A stretch of 64,000 nucleotides of DNA from assembly GCA_016860985.1 (NCBI GenBank), contig BOKM01000001.1:220185-284184 (forward strand), in the 5' to 3' direction. This DNA is from Patescibacteria group bacterium (GTDB taxonomy: Bacteria; Patescibacteriota; Dojkabacteria; GCA-002793355). The notes beneath the pieces are model-generated. The model did not search any database. It saw only the letters and a program-made list of their open reading frames with translations, and was not told the origin of the DNA. Of the stretch, positions 39,351 to 48,495 are shown in pieces (position 1 is the first letter of the stretch; the number at the start of each line of letters is the position of its first letter). The position numbers and the translations under genes are program-made.

Positions 39351-39438
39351 GGAGAGGTGTCTGAGTGGTCGAAAGAGCTCCCCTGGAAAGGGAGTATACC
39401 CATTACGGGTATCGAGGGTTCGAATCCCTCCTTCTCCG
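39351..39438 (+). tRNA. tRNA-Ser (GGA)
   Basis: GGAGAGG/CTTCTCC acceptor, loop CTGGAAA, long variable arm, GTTCGAATC. Confidence 0.96.
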
Positions 39439-39764
39439 AATTTCAAATTTTTCCCATTTCGCTCGAAGAATATCTTCATATTCTTCTTGTCGATCATGGC
39501 TCAAAATTCGAAATTCGGGAAATGGTAAAAGTTTGAAATTAGAAACAGTATGGGATGAAGAAACCCAAGGAGAACAAACAGTTTTGTTCGACGCAGGGCG
39601 GGGTTGCGCGCAAGGTCCGCTAATATTTATAACGTAGTATTTCAGAGCTGAGGCATGGAGCCTGAAATACAAGGGTAGCCGAATCCCAATTGCGAATAAG
39701 GTTGGGGAACTACCTCTTTGTAGAACAAAACTTCCGCGAGGTGACCGAATCCCTTATTGCACCA
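39439..39764 (+). repeat. tRNA-associated structured element, copy C (expanded)
   Basis: Long hairpin right after the tRNA, then GAAACCCAAGGAG-hairpin-CGACG as in copies A and B; ends GAGGTGACCGAATCCC...ACCA. Confidence 0.65.
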
Positions 39765-39803
39765 ACCTACGTGAAAAAAATACCGCTTTAACTGCTTCTA
39801 ATT

Positions 39804-40496
39804 CTACTTATCTGCATAACCATAAAAGACCTCAAAAAGAGGTCCGATTCCGAAAGCCATACTCGCATGGAAGAAATATTCTTCTAATAATACTCCCGCA
39901 AAATATTTGCCTGATACGTTTTCAATATTCCAAAAGGTTTGATACATATCAGGAAACAATAAACGGGTACTCGCCTGCCAGATAAAAACAACAACCAGCA
40001 TTAACGCAAAATTAAGCAGCGCTGGCCTAAGTAAATCTTTGCGAAAATACAAAATCACTAAGCCAGCAGCTACAATCCCCCACCCTGACGAGAAAATAAT
40101 TCCAGCTTTTAGGAAATATTCCATAAATAGCACGGTAATCACACCTACAAAAACTGCCAACAACGAAACCACTTTTCGTTCGAACTTATTGTACCGATTA
40201 TCTTTAACCAAATGCTTTTTTAACGCAAATTCGTATAGCCCTGCTGCTATGCCACCGTAAAAGAAGCAAAGTAAGAAATCCTCAACACCAGCGTTTACAT
40301 AAGGAATCTTTAAAATCCACTGTGGTGTCCAGTACGCGCCATAGTACCAAAAATGTTCAGTTATCCCAAAAATAGTTACAAAAGTACTCATCCTTAAGAT
40401 TTGAACGCGTAAATCCTTTCTTGAAAGAAAGATGATCAACCAAACAATTCCGAGAATTAATGTTCCAATTATGTAATAGTATTGGTTAGGCAGCAT
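39804..40496 (-). CDS. Membrane protein with two lycopene-cyclase-like (CrtYc/d) domains
   Basis: Duplicated W...G.VED / W...GVLLEE motifs in a 7-8 TM protein. Confidence 0.65.
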   Translation of the reverse strand: MLPNQYYYIIGTLILGIVWLIIFLSRKDLRVQILRMSTFVTIFGITEHFWYYGAYWTPQWILKIPYVNAGVEDFLLCFFYGGIAAGLYEFALKKHLVKDNRYNKFERKVVSLLAVFVGVITVLFMEYFLKAGIIFSSGWGIVAAGLVILYFRKDLLRPALLNFALMLVVVFIWQASTRLLFPDMYQTFWNIENVSGKYFAGVLLEEYFFHASMAFGIGPLFEVFYGYADK

Positions 40497-40567
40497 TTAA
40501 TGAATCATACCATACAAACATGCTTATCCTCGACCTGAAACACCGTAGGTTTGAATCCAAATATTCG

Positions 40568-41161
40568 CTATTGTTTTTCCCCAACCGTCACCGTTACCGA
40601 TGTTCCTTTGTTTTCCTCTGATTTTGCAACAATAATCAATGCGCTCTGATCACCTTGGGTAAACGAAAGCATTTCTTCTGAAAAACTCATTTGTTCAGTC
40701 CAACCTTTTGTAACCATCTCTGCTTTGTAGTAGTCATACACTTCTTTATTTGTTTTGGACGTTGTATACACAACCATTGCAGAACCATTTGCGGTTTTTG
40801 AGGTTACAGACAAAATATTAGCATCAGAAAGAATTGGAACATTCTTGGGGAAGTCACTCGGTAAGGAAAGTCCTTCGCCATATTGTACTTCGCCTTCGTC
40901 TGTTTTGATGGTGCCCGAGTTCTTATCTCCATCAAATTTTAATTCGCCCTCGTCTGTCTTAATACTAAAATCACCTTTTTTTTCATCTAGCGAAATTCCA
41001 TTTGATTGTAAAACACCTTTAAATACCCCGCCGATAATCCGAGGAATAATGAGCCCACAGGCAGCGAGCAACACAACAAGAACTACGACTACTATCAGAA
41101 GTACGTTGCTTTTCTTTTTTGCTGGTGCTTGCACAGTTTCAGTTTGTTTTGTTTCTTCCAT
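40568..41161 (-). CDS. Membrane-anchored hypothetical protein
   Basis: N-terminal TM; LPSDFPKNVPI...VYDYYK...GW. Confidence 0.7.
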   Translation of the reverse strand: MEETKQTETVQAPAKKKSNVLLIVVVVLVVLLAACGLIIPRIIGGVFKGVLQSNGISLDEKKGDFSIKTDEGELKFDGDKNSGTIKTDEGEVQYGEGLSLPSDFPKNVPILSDANILSVTSKTANGSAMVVYTTSKTNKEVYDYYKAEMVTKGWTEQMSFSEEMLSFTQGDQSALIIVAKSEENKGTSVTVTVGEKQ

Positions 41162-41181
41162 ATTTGTATTAAAAATCTTAA

Positions 41182-41511
41182 CTAAATACCAGACCTAATA
41201 TTGTTTTTCCTAAAAACAGGATTATCTCTTCCATCGAGGTGTGTTCCAGGCATATCCTCTGGATGATCTGCAAACGCTTTTTCGAGTGGAGTCTTATCAA
41301 ACGCCTTAATTGCTCCTAGAACCATTGAAGCGAGACCTGTATACGTTGCAACTGCATTTTCTCCACTTAATGCGATTCCCACTCCACCCATTACAATGGC
41401 TATTGCACCGGTTGCTTTTGGATGCTCAACCATAAAATCGAGCACTGCGTCCTTCATTTCGCTGACGAGTGATTTTTTCTCTGCTTGTGGCTCACCATTA
41501 GGGCTATTCAT
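41182..41511 (-). CDS. Hypothetical membrane protein
   Basis: Two Gly-rich hydrophobic segments; coupled to the upstream ORF. Confidence 0.55.
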   Translation of the reverse strand: MNSPNGEPQAEKKSLVSEMKDAVLDFMVEHPKATGAIAIVMGGVGIALSGENAVATYTGLASMVLGAIKAFDKTPLEKAFADHPEDMPGTHLDGRDNPVFRKNNIRSGI

Positions 41512-41842
41512 TTTTTGCCGTCGCTAATTTATTACAGGCTTCTTCTATATACGTTTTATATTCTTTCTCAAGTTCTGCCCGCGCTTCTGGTGATAATTCA
41601 GAGATTCGCTTTGCAAGAATTTCGGTATATTTTACAACCAACGAATGATCGCTACTGGAAAGCTTAAAGGCGTCTACCGCGAGGCGTTTTTCTTCGTCTG
41701 AAGTAAAGATTTTGTCGATAATGGCAACAAAGGCAGACACAGAGATCTCTATGACTTGCTTCATTCGTTCATCGGCTGAAAGATGAGGTGCTCTTTCTTG
41801 CAAGAGTTTCTCAATCGATTGGGGCGTAATTGCTTGTAACAT
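41504..41842 (-). CDS. Hypothetical protein
   Basis: 112-aa helical ORF filling the space between genes. Confidence 0.55.
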   Translation of the reverse strand: MLQAITPQSIEKLLQERAPHLSADERMKQVIEISVSAFVAIIDKIFTSDEEKRLAVDAFKLSSSDHSLVVKYTEILAKRISELSPEARAELEKEYKTYIEEACNKLATAKNE

Positions 41843-41861
41843 ATGTCATATTATCACTCTT

Positions 41862-42617
41862 TCAACCAATCTGAAAAGGAGTAACCGAGATATAGCCATT
41901 CCAAAGGGCTCCTACATCAACAGAATTACCACAATCAGGTTTTCCTTGAAATGCGTATACTTGTTCATCGTAGGAATATTGGCTATCACTTATGAGAACA
42001 GGGTATTTATAATACAACGATAAATCCTGAACAAATGTGGTCAACTGATATTCTTTGGTCGGTAGAATTGGGAAGTTAACATTAACGAATGGTCGTTGCC
42101 AAAATTCATTTTCAAACGCCTGTTGTAAAATGAATGCAGCACTTTCTCCCGGGTACGAAGTAAAAGATTCAACTGATTGCTGCGAAGTGTCATTCGTCCA
42201 CGTTGTATCTTGCGTTCCGAGTAATAAGCTCATTATAACTGCGTGCGGAGCAAGGTTAACTGCCAATGCTCGAATTGCTGCTCCACCTGTACCTGAGGCG
42301 GTAATGGTACTTAAGCCAATATTTTCGCCCCAGTTTATTCCAGACACAACACAGTCAAATTTATTCGGAAATAATCCTTGCGCAAATTCCATTGCGTCGG
42401 CAGGGTTCCCATCAACCCAATATGCGTCAACATTCTCAATTTTTTCTTTACCCCACGTCTTCGTTCCATATGCCTTCGTTCCCCCACCAACGCCACTTCT
42501 CTGCTCCTTTGTGGCAACAATCGTTACCTCATATTCTGGCACCAATATTTTGGCTAAGAGACGAACACCTATCGATTTGTATCCATCATCACCCGTTATC
42601 AGTATTCGCTTTTTCAT
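41862..42617 (-). CDS. surE: 5'/3'-nucleotidase SurE
   Basis: ILITGDDG, QRSGVG, VDGNPAD, VVSGINWGEN, SGT, ISVTP. Confidence 0.9.
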   Translation of the reverse strand: MKKRILITGDDGYKSIGVRLLAKILVPEYEVTIVATKEQRSGVGGGTKAYGTKTWGKEKIENVDAYWVDGNPADAMEFAQGLFPNKFDCVVSGINWGENIGLSTITASGTGGAAIRALAVNLAPHAVIMSLLLGTQDTTWTNDTSQQSVESFTSYPGESAAFILQQAFENEFWQRPFVNVNFPILPTKEYQLTTFVQDLSLYYKYPVLISDSQYSYDEQVYAFQGKPDCGNSVDVGALWNGYISVTPFQIG

Positions 42618-43044
42618 GTTCCTCCTTTATTCCGCTATTGCGGCTATCGTGTGGCAAATCGAGCCAAAGCCCCCAGAGCCCCGCAAATAAAATAAGATTC
42701 TTCATTATATACTGCCCTTCTGTACTTAAAACACCAACTGAAAGCCAGGTGTGCTGGGGCAACAATACTATCGGCAACATTGTTGCGCACAAATGAAAAA
42801 AGGTAACGATGTAGGTTAGTTTCAAATAACGCGAAATAAAAAATCCAAAACCAATGAGCACCTCTAACACGCCAAACAAAAAGAGAAACTGCTGAGGAGG
42901 GAAAAAAGGAAGTGTTTTATTCAACAAATCAAGAACGAGTGAAGTGGCAGGACTACTATCAAACATTTTTGTCACACCAAACCAAATAAATACAACACTA
43001 AATGCGATTCGTAATGCCCAATTTTGCGCAATCTTTGCAGTCAT
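42589..43044 (-). CDS. DoxX-family membrane protein
   Basis: LRIAFSVVFIWFGVTK, GVLEVLIG, EGQYIMKN. Confidence 0.8.
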   Translation of the reverse strand: MTAKIAQNWALRIAFSVVFIWFGVTKMFDSSPATSLVLDLLNKTLPFFPPQQFLFLFGVLEVLIGFGFFISRYLKLTYIVTFFHLCATMLPIVLLPQHTWLSVGVLSTEGQYIMKNLILFAGLWGLWLDLPHDSRNSGIKEEHEKANTDNG

Positions 43045-43068
43045 CGGTAATTGTACTATAATTTTTGT

Positions 43069-43491
43069 ATGGCAGAAAATAAAAAACCAACACTATTACA
43101 GGAATTTCAAACTTTTATTGCGAGAGGGAATGTGATTGATCTTGCAGTAGGTATCATTATCGGTTCCGCTTTTACTGGAATTGTGAACTCATTAGTGAAA
43201 GACGTATTACTTCCACCAGTCGGCATAATAATGGGAAAAGTAAATTTTGCCGATCTCAAAATTGTACTTCAAGCAAAATCTGATACTCTTCCAGAGGTTG
43301 CAATTTTATACGGCAACCTTCTTCAGAATGCACTCAACTTTTTACTTGTCGCATTGGTGGTCTTTTCACTCGTTAAAGCAATTAATACGTTAAAGAAAAA
43401 AGAGGAGACCAAGGAAACAAAAAAGAAAGAAACAGAACTCTCCGTTCTCACTGATATTCGTGCGTTATTGAAAAAGCGAACGACTAAATAA
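43069..43491 (+). CDS. mscL: Large-conductance mechanosensitive channel
   Basis: RGNVIDLAVGIIIGSAF, LTDIRALLK. Confidence 0.96.
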   Translation: MAENKKPTLLQEFQTFIARGNVIDLAVGIIIGSAFTGIVNSLVKDVLLPPVGIIMGKVNFADLKIVLQAKSDTLPEVAILYGNLLQNALNFLLVALVVFSLVKAINTLKKKEETKETKKKETELSVLTDIRALLKKRTTK

Positions 43492-44299
43492 TCACTCTAA
43501 TCTTTTCGAGGATTTCTTTTAGATCTTCCTTACTCTTAAAGGATAAAATCAAACGTCCACCTCGAAGGAGAGGTTGAATATACACTTTTGTTCCGAGCAT
43601 ATCACCTACTTGCTTTGCGATTAAGTCATACTCTACCGTAAGTTTGGTTGCAGATTGCTTAAAGCGCTTGCCTCTGCCGAGTAATCTTCTGACAAGTTCT
43701 TCTGCTTCACGTACCGAGAGACTATCACGTTTAATAATTTCAAATGCATTAACGATAAGATCATCACGCTTCAAAGAAAGAAGCGCACGGACATGCCCTT
43801 CGCTAACCTCGTTGTTAACAAGACCAGACATAACTTCGTAAGGGAGCACGAAAAGTCGAATTCTATTGGTAACAACCGTTCGACTTAATTTAAACCGAAG
43901 TGCCAACTGTGCATGAGATACTTTTTTCGCCTTGCTTAAGAAGTGGAGCAACATTACTTGTTCAGCCAGTGACATAAATCCACCTTCAAGATACCCAAGA
44001 ATTATCAGGTGGAGGATTTCCATAGGAACATCATCGATGTAAACAATAACCGCTTGTTCGACCGAAGCGAGCTTGAGGATACGAAGATATAGCTCTCCTA
44101 AAACGACCTCAGGGCCACTGGGTGTTTTAAAACATACTAAAGGTAACCTTTGCCCATCTTTTCTTACGTCTTCGGCGAAGGCAAGCATACTGCTCACAGG
44201 CATATTCATAACAGGAACCTTTGGATATACCTTTATTGAATCAACAGGGAGCGTCTGGGTTAAGGATTTGTCTAGTGTTTGTACTAAAGATATTCTCAC
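43484..44299 (-). CDS. ParB/Spo0J-like protein with degenerate N-terminal domain
   Basis: HTH SRTVVTNRIRLFVLP, SEGHVRALL, LSVREAEELV; GERR replaced by GELY. Confidence 0.8.
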   Translation of the reverse strand: MRISLVQTLDKSLTQTLPVDSIKVYPKVPVMNMPVSSMLAFAEDVRKDGQRLPLVCFKTPSGPEVVLGELYLRILKLASVEQAVIVYIDDVPMEILHLIILGYLEGGFMSLAEQVMLLHFLSKAKKVSHAQLALRFKLSRTVVTNRIRLFVLPYEVMSGLVNNEVSEGHVRALLSLKRDDLIVNAFEIIKRDSLSVREAEELVRRLLGRGKRFKQSATKLTVEYDLIAKQVGDMLGTKVYIQPLLRGGRLILSFKSKEDLKEILEKIRVII

Positions 44300-44301
44300 G
44301 T

Positions 44302-44865
44302 TTATTTTGTAGTCAGATTATCTCCGTAGTCGAGTCTTTTAATAAGCTTTGCACTCTCTGGAGGGAACCATACTACCACTGCACGCCCCTCTATATATTC
44401 TTTTGGCACTGCACCAAACTCTCTAGAGTCGGTTGAATACGGACGATTGTCGCCCATTAAGACGTATTGGTTTTCTGGCACTTTGTAAGGAACCCCCTCT
44501 CGAATTGTGGCTTCTGGTTGAGTTTTAACAGTTGAATCTAGGTAGGATTCGTACAATTCTTTTCCATCGACATATACTCGACCGTTTTGAATTGTAACGG
44601 TTTCTCCTGGTAAACCAATAACACGCTTAATATAATCTTGGGTTTCTGAATGTTTAAACACAACGACATCACCACGTTGTGGATTCTTTGAAAGGTACTG
44701 GAGTTTGTAAACTAAAATGAAGTCATTATTCTGCAAATACGGCACCATTGATACTCCATCAATCGCACGGGGACTAAGTACAAAATACCATATGATTATA
44801 AAGAAAACACCGGCAAAGATATAGAATTCGAGTGAATCGAGAATTTTTTTGAGCAAGTCCATCAT
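44302..44865 (-). CDS. lepB: Signal peptidase I
   Basis: SMVP, YIKRVIGLPG, MGDNRPYSTDSR. Confidence 0.95.
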   Translation of the reverse strand: MMDLLKKILDSLEFYIFAGVFFIIIWYFVLSPRAIDGVSMVPYLQNNDFILVYKLQYLSKNPQRGDVVVFKHSETQDYIKRVIGLPGETVTIQNGRVYVDGKELYESYLDSTVKTQPEATIREGVPYKVPENQYVLMGDNRPYSTDSREFGAVPKEYIEGRAVVVWFPPESAKLIKRLDYGDNLTTK

Positions 44866-45006
44866 ACTAGAATCATGGTATAGCAAAATGTGGTACTTGT
44901 AAAGTGGAGACGCTACGTTTCACGGTGACGAACATTTAGCAAAAACAACGTACCGTTCAGCTGGAAATTGATATTGACTGCCAGGGAAATATGAGAAAGT
45001 TGAGTG

Positions 45007-45187
45007 TACCGCTACGGGGAGTCGCTCACCTCGTAACCCTCCTACTTTCGCTACGCGTTCTAATGCGTTACTTCCTTGAGCCCACCCACTTCGTCAAATG
45101 TGCGTTGGCACATTTTTCTTGGGGTTTCTCCTCCCTCGAACATCATAAAAAAAGGGTTTAGGATTCTTCGAATCGCAAACCCCTTTT
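45007..45187 (-). repeat. tRNA-associated structured element, copy B
   Basis: 16-bp direct repeat of the tRNA 3' end (45009-45024 = 45190-45205); homologous to copy A with compensatory changes. Confidence 0.8.
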
Positions 45188-45259
45188 TGCCGCTACGGGG
45201 AGTCGAACCCCGCCTAGAGGATTGAAAATCCTCTGTCCTAACCGATAGACGATAGCGGC
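45188..45259 (-). tRNA. tRNA-Glu (TTC)
   Basis: GCCGCTA/TAGCGGC acceptor, loop TTTTCAA, GTTCGACTC. Confidence 0.96.
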
Positions 45260-45324
45260 ATGGGTGAATTATACAAAATCTTACAAATATAATCAACTCG
45301 CGTGCAGTGTTATAATGTGACCTT

Positions 45325-46419
45325 ATGGAATCTTTTGGTACTTATGCGAAAGCAAAGCTAGGGGAAAGGCAAAAGGAGATCAACTCAGCACTTGAACGTT
45401 ATCTCGAATCTCAGTTTGGGAACGATGCCTATTCATACCATGATTCAACGGCAAAGGCTGTCGACGTATTTAAGGACATTGTTACCCGCTCAGCAAAGCG
45501 ATTGCGAGGAAGTTTTGTCATAGAAGCCTACAATATGTTCAAAACTGATGGCCACAATGATGTAATTAATGCAGCAGTTGCAATCGAACTAATACACGCC
45601 TACCTTCTTGTAATTGATGATTTTAACGACAAATCAGACACTCGCAGAGGTGATCCTACGGCCCACAAACTTCACGAATCGTACCATGCCAAACAACATC
45701 TGCACGGAGATTCACTTCATTACGGCTACTCTGTCGCAACGCTATCGGGGCTCTTTGGTATGCATCATGCAAGTAATTTATTACTCGAGCTCAATTTTCC
45801 CGCCGTAATACTTATCAAAGCGATACGAGGAGTAAACGATGCCATAAATGTTACTGCGTATGGACAGGTACGAGACATCTACAACCAGCAAATCCCCAAC
45901 GCTACTGAGCACGATGTAATGGAAGTTCACAGACTAAAAACCGCTCACTACACTTACTTTAACCCAATCCAACTTGGAGCGACCTTAGCTGGACAAGCTG
46001 ATGAGACAATCCAAAAATTTAAAGAATACACAGAGAAGGCAGGGACCGCGTTCCAGATTCAAGATGATATTCTGGGGGTATTTGGCGATCCAAAAGACAC
46101 AGGCAAATCTAACATGGACGATATTATGGAAGGCAAAGCAACTTTACTCACGGTATATGCGAGAAAGAAAGCTACAGCCGCTCAGAACGAAATTCTCGAC
46201 AAAGCAATTGGAAACCGAACACTTTCACCAGAGCTTTTCGAAAAGGTTCAGACAATTCTTTCCGAAACTGGTTCCTTAGACTATTCAAAGAAGGTCGCTC
46301 ACCAACTCGTGCTTGAAGCAAAAGAAAGCATGTATCAACATTTCCCCGACTTTACCGACAACGGAGGCTTCAAGTTTATCACAGGTATCGCAGACTACAT
46401 GATTGAACGAAAGCTCTAA
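45325..46419 (+). CDS. Polyprenyl diphosphate synthase (IdsA/GGPPS-like)
   Basis: KRLR, LVIDDFND..RRG, GQ..D, KTAHY, FQIQDDILG. Confidence 0.92.
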   Translation: MESFGTYAKAKLGERQKEINSALERYLESQFGNDAYSYHDSTAKAVDVFKDIVTRSAKRLRGSFVIEAYNMFKTDGHNDVINAAVAIELIHAYLLVIDDFNDKSDTRRGDPTAHKLHESYHAKQHLHGDSLHYGYSVATLSGLFGMHHASNLLLELNFPAVILIKAIRGVNDAINVTAYGQVRDIYNQQIPNATEHDVMEVHRLKTAHYTYFNPIQLGATLAGQADETIQKFKEYTEKAGTAFQIQDDILGVFGDPKDTGKSNMDDIMEGKATLLTVYARKKATAAQNEILDKAIGNRTLSPELFEKVQTILSETGSLDYSKKVAHQLVLEAKESMYQHFPDFTDNGGFKFITGIADYMIERKL

Positions 46420-47300
46420 GCGTTAACAAACCGACGGAACTTTTCGGCTACAAGTGTTTCTTGACCTAAAAAGCAATGTCCTCCAGACGGGGGGACCACA
46501 AGTTCAACACCCGTAATATGCTTTTTCATGCATTCATAAGCTTGATTTTTTGCGTAAAACTGTGGGTAATCAAGCGATTCATCATCTGCACTGGTAATTA
46601 TTTGTACTGGTAACGATACTTTTTTCCATAGCGGAAAGTCGTACGTATCCATTCGATAAAAATCCCACATTTCATTAAAATCACTCGGTCTATACCAAGA
46701 GTAAAAAGTTTGGTACGTCATTGGAAAGTCATCATATGTTGGAGGAATTATCTCCTGCCCTTTACCTTCTTCAGTCATTTTTAATGCGTGACTAACATGC
46801 TCGTGCCATTTTTCTCCACTTTTTTGCTCAACATATGCATTTTTATCAAAAGGGCCGAGAAGACTAATCTTTTTTACCAGTTGTGTATATGTACCTTCGA
46901 ACAAATATCTTGTGACCTTAAGTGTTCCAAGAGAATGCCCCGCAAGCACAATCTCTGTGATACCTTGGGATTGTAGCCATAAAATCCATGCATCGATATC
47001 AAGATAGGCTTCTTCTAATATTTCATAATAAGAACCGATGTATTTTGAAATTGTGCGCGTGCTATCAATAAGCTCTGTGTAAAGCCCCGTACCTCTGGTT
47101 TGTATTGCTAAAAACACGCCACCTTCCGAGGCAATAGCTTTGCCCATTTCACTTACAAAAGGCCAAGAATAAAAATCACTCGTAAATCCATGTACATAAA
47201 TAACAGCTCGCTGATTCTGACCTTGAATCTCGCCGTACCGCAAGGCGCTTAACTGCAATCCATCGGACGTAAATGTTTGTTGTAACGTGACTGGCACCAT
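46416..47300 (-). CDS. Alpha/beta hydrolase (DUF1749-like)
   Basis: VHGF oxyanion motif, GHSLG nucleophile, DD and GH triad candidates. Confidence 0.85.
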   Translation of the reverse strand: MVPVTLQQTFTSDGLQLSALRYGEIQGQNQRAVIYVHGFTSDFYSWPFVSEMGKAIASEGGVFLAIQTRGTGLYTELIDSTRTISKYIGSYYEILEEAYLDIDAWILWLQSQGITEIVLAGHSLGTLKVTRYLFEGTYTQLVKKISLLGPFDKNAYVEQKSGEKWHEHVSHALKMTEEGKGQEIIPPTYDDFPMTYQTFYSWYRPSDFNEMWDFYRMDTYDFPLWKKVSLPVQIITSADDESLDYPQFYAKNQAYECMKKHITGVELVVPPSGGHCFLGQETLVAEKFRRFVNA

Positions 47301-47324
47301 AAACGATTGTACCAAAATTTACGA

Positions 47325-48473
47325 TTAGGCGACTGCCTCTTTTAAGGCAGCAACAATCTCTTCAACATGACCGCCTTCAACCGTATTGAATCGTTTTAAA
47401 TATCCTACCCCTAATTCGATATTTGGCAGGGCAAAATCTCGCAAGAACTTTTTTCCAACGCCAATGGCATTCCAGTTTATAGAGCCATCTTCTTTTAGCC
47501 AACCGAATAATTTTGCCGCCTGGGGCCTAAACTGATGGAATTCGTACGCGAGTGCAACTGAGCCCACATTAGACAAGACGCCACCAACAGGGCTATCATC
47601 TGTAAATATAAGAGCCCTTCGATAGTAGTTTGGGTTAAATATTTGCATAAAGTCAGCAGCTCGTGCAGTTTTTCCTAAAAGAGTAAAGAACATTTCATGA
47701 ACTTCTTTATCGCTACCTAGCCACTCAAAAGTTGGCTTACTCACAGTATTCGAAAAAAACGAATCTTGCAACGGGGTTCCATTAACTACGTTCTCAACAC
47801 TCTGGGCTAAAGGCGTGGCAAACGTGTCTAGTGTGAGTAAATAGTTAAATTCCTCTGGCGTGATGCCTAACTCCCGACAAGATGCCAACACATGTACTCG
47901 AGCTTGTTGTTGGGATAATTCCCACACTTTGTCGATTGGGCGTTTTTGCTGATCTTCTATTGACCTTCTATTCCACCAGTCATCCTGCTCATGCCTCGTT
48001 AGAATAAAGAGCGCAATTTCCGTGAGTTGCTGCAATTTACCTGGGTTATTGTCCGCAAAAGATTTAGAATTTTGGTTACTTTCATAGAGTTCACTTAATC
48101 CACCAAGAAACAATTTTGTACCTTGGGCAGCAGTTAAGGAAACATGCGTTTCATTATGGTAACCCGGACGCAAACGCTGTGAGCGATATATCATTGCAAA
48201 GTCATTTGAAGAATTGCTACTCTCTTTTTTCAACCTTCCTAGGATTTTTTGAGAATCAAGCCCCAATTCTTTATGGTGAGTCGTAAAATGTTCTACCTGC
48301 GGTGCAAAACGGAAAGCAGACATTACAGTCTCTGACTTCCAATTAAAGTAACGCCCAATAGTATCCGGAGTTCCGTTTACAGGAGGAAGTTCTTTTCTAG
48401 TAGATGAATCGCGTGGATTAACAACAGCTTCTAAGTCAACAATGTCGTTCGATTGAAAATCCCTAAGTGTCAT
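47325..48473 (-). CDS. Hypothetical protein with HD/PDEase-like motifs
   Basis: YHNETH...RHEQD...AADF. Confidence 0.55.
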   Translation of the reverse strand: MTLRDFQSNDIVDLEAVVNPRDSSTRKELPPVNGTPDTIGRYFNWKSETVMSAFRFAPQVEHFTTHHKELGLDSQKILGRLKKESSNSSNDFAMIYRSQRLRPGYHNETHVSLTAAQGTKLFLGGLSELYESNQNSKSFADNNPGKLQQLTEIALFILTRHEQDDWWNRRSIEDQQKRPIDKVWELSQQQARVHVLASCRELGITPEEFNYLLTLDTFATPLAQSVENVVNGTPLQDSFFSNTVSKPTFEWLGSDKEVHEMFFTLLGKTARAADFMQIFNPNYYRRALIFTDDSPVGGVLSNVGSVALAYEFHQFRPQAAKLFGWLKEDGSINWNAIGVGKKFLRDFALPNIELGVGYLKRFNTVEGGHVEEIVAALKEAVA

Positions 48474-48495
48474 GAACTAGTATACTGCAGGGGCG

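Noticed and set aside
39312-39672. Three short ORFs over tRNA-Ser and element C; similar ORFs at 7628-7936, 45060-45296 and 49342-49545
   Set aside because: They overlap tRNAs or structured repeats and have no protein-like features
42055-42690. 211-aa plus-strand ORF
   Set aside because: Antisense shadow of surE
39804-46419. Carotenoid pathway from the lycopene-cyclase-like protein plus prenyl synthase
   Set aside because: The genes are not adjacent, and no phytoene synthase or desaturase is in the window
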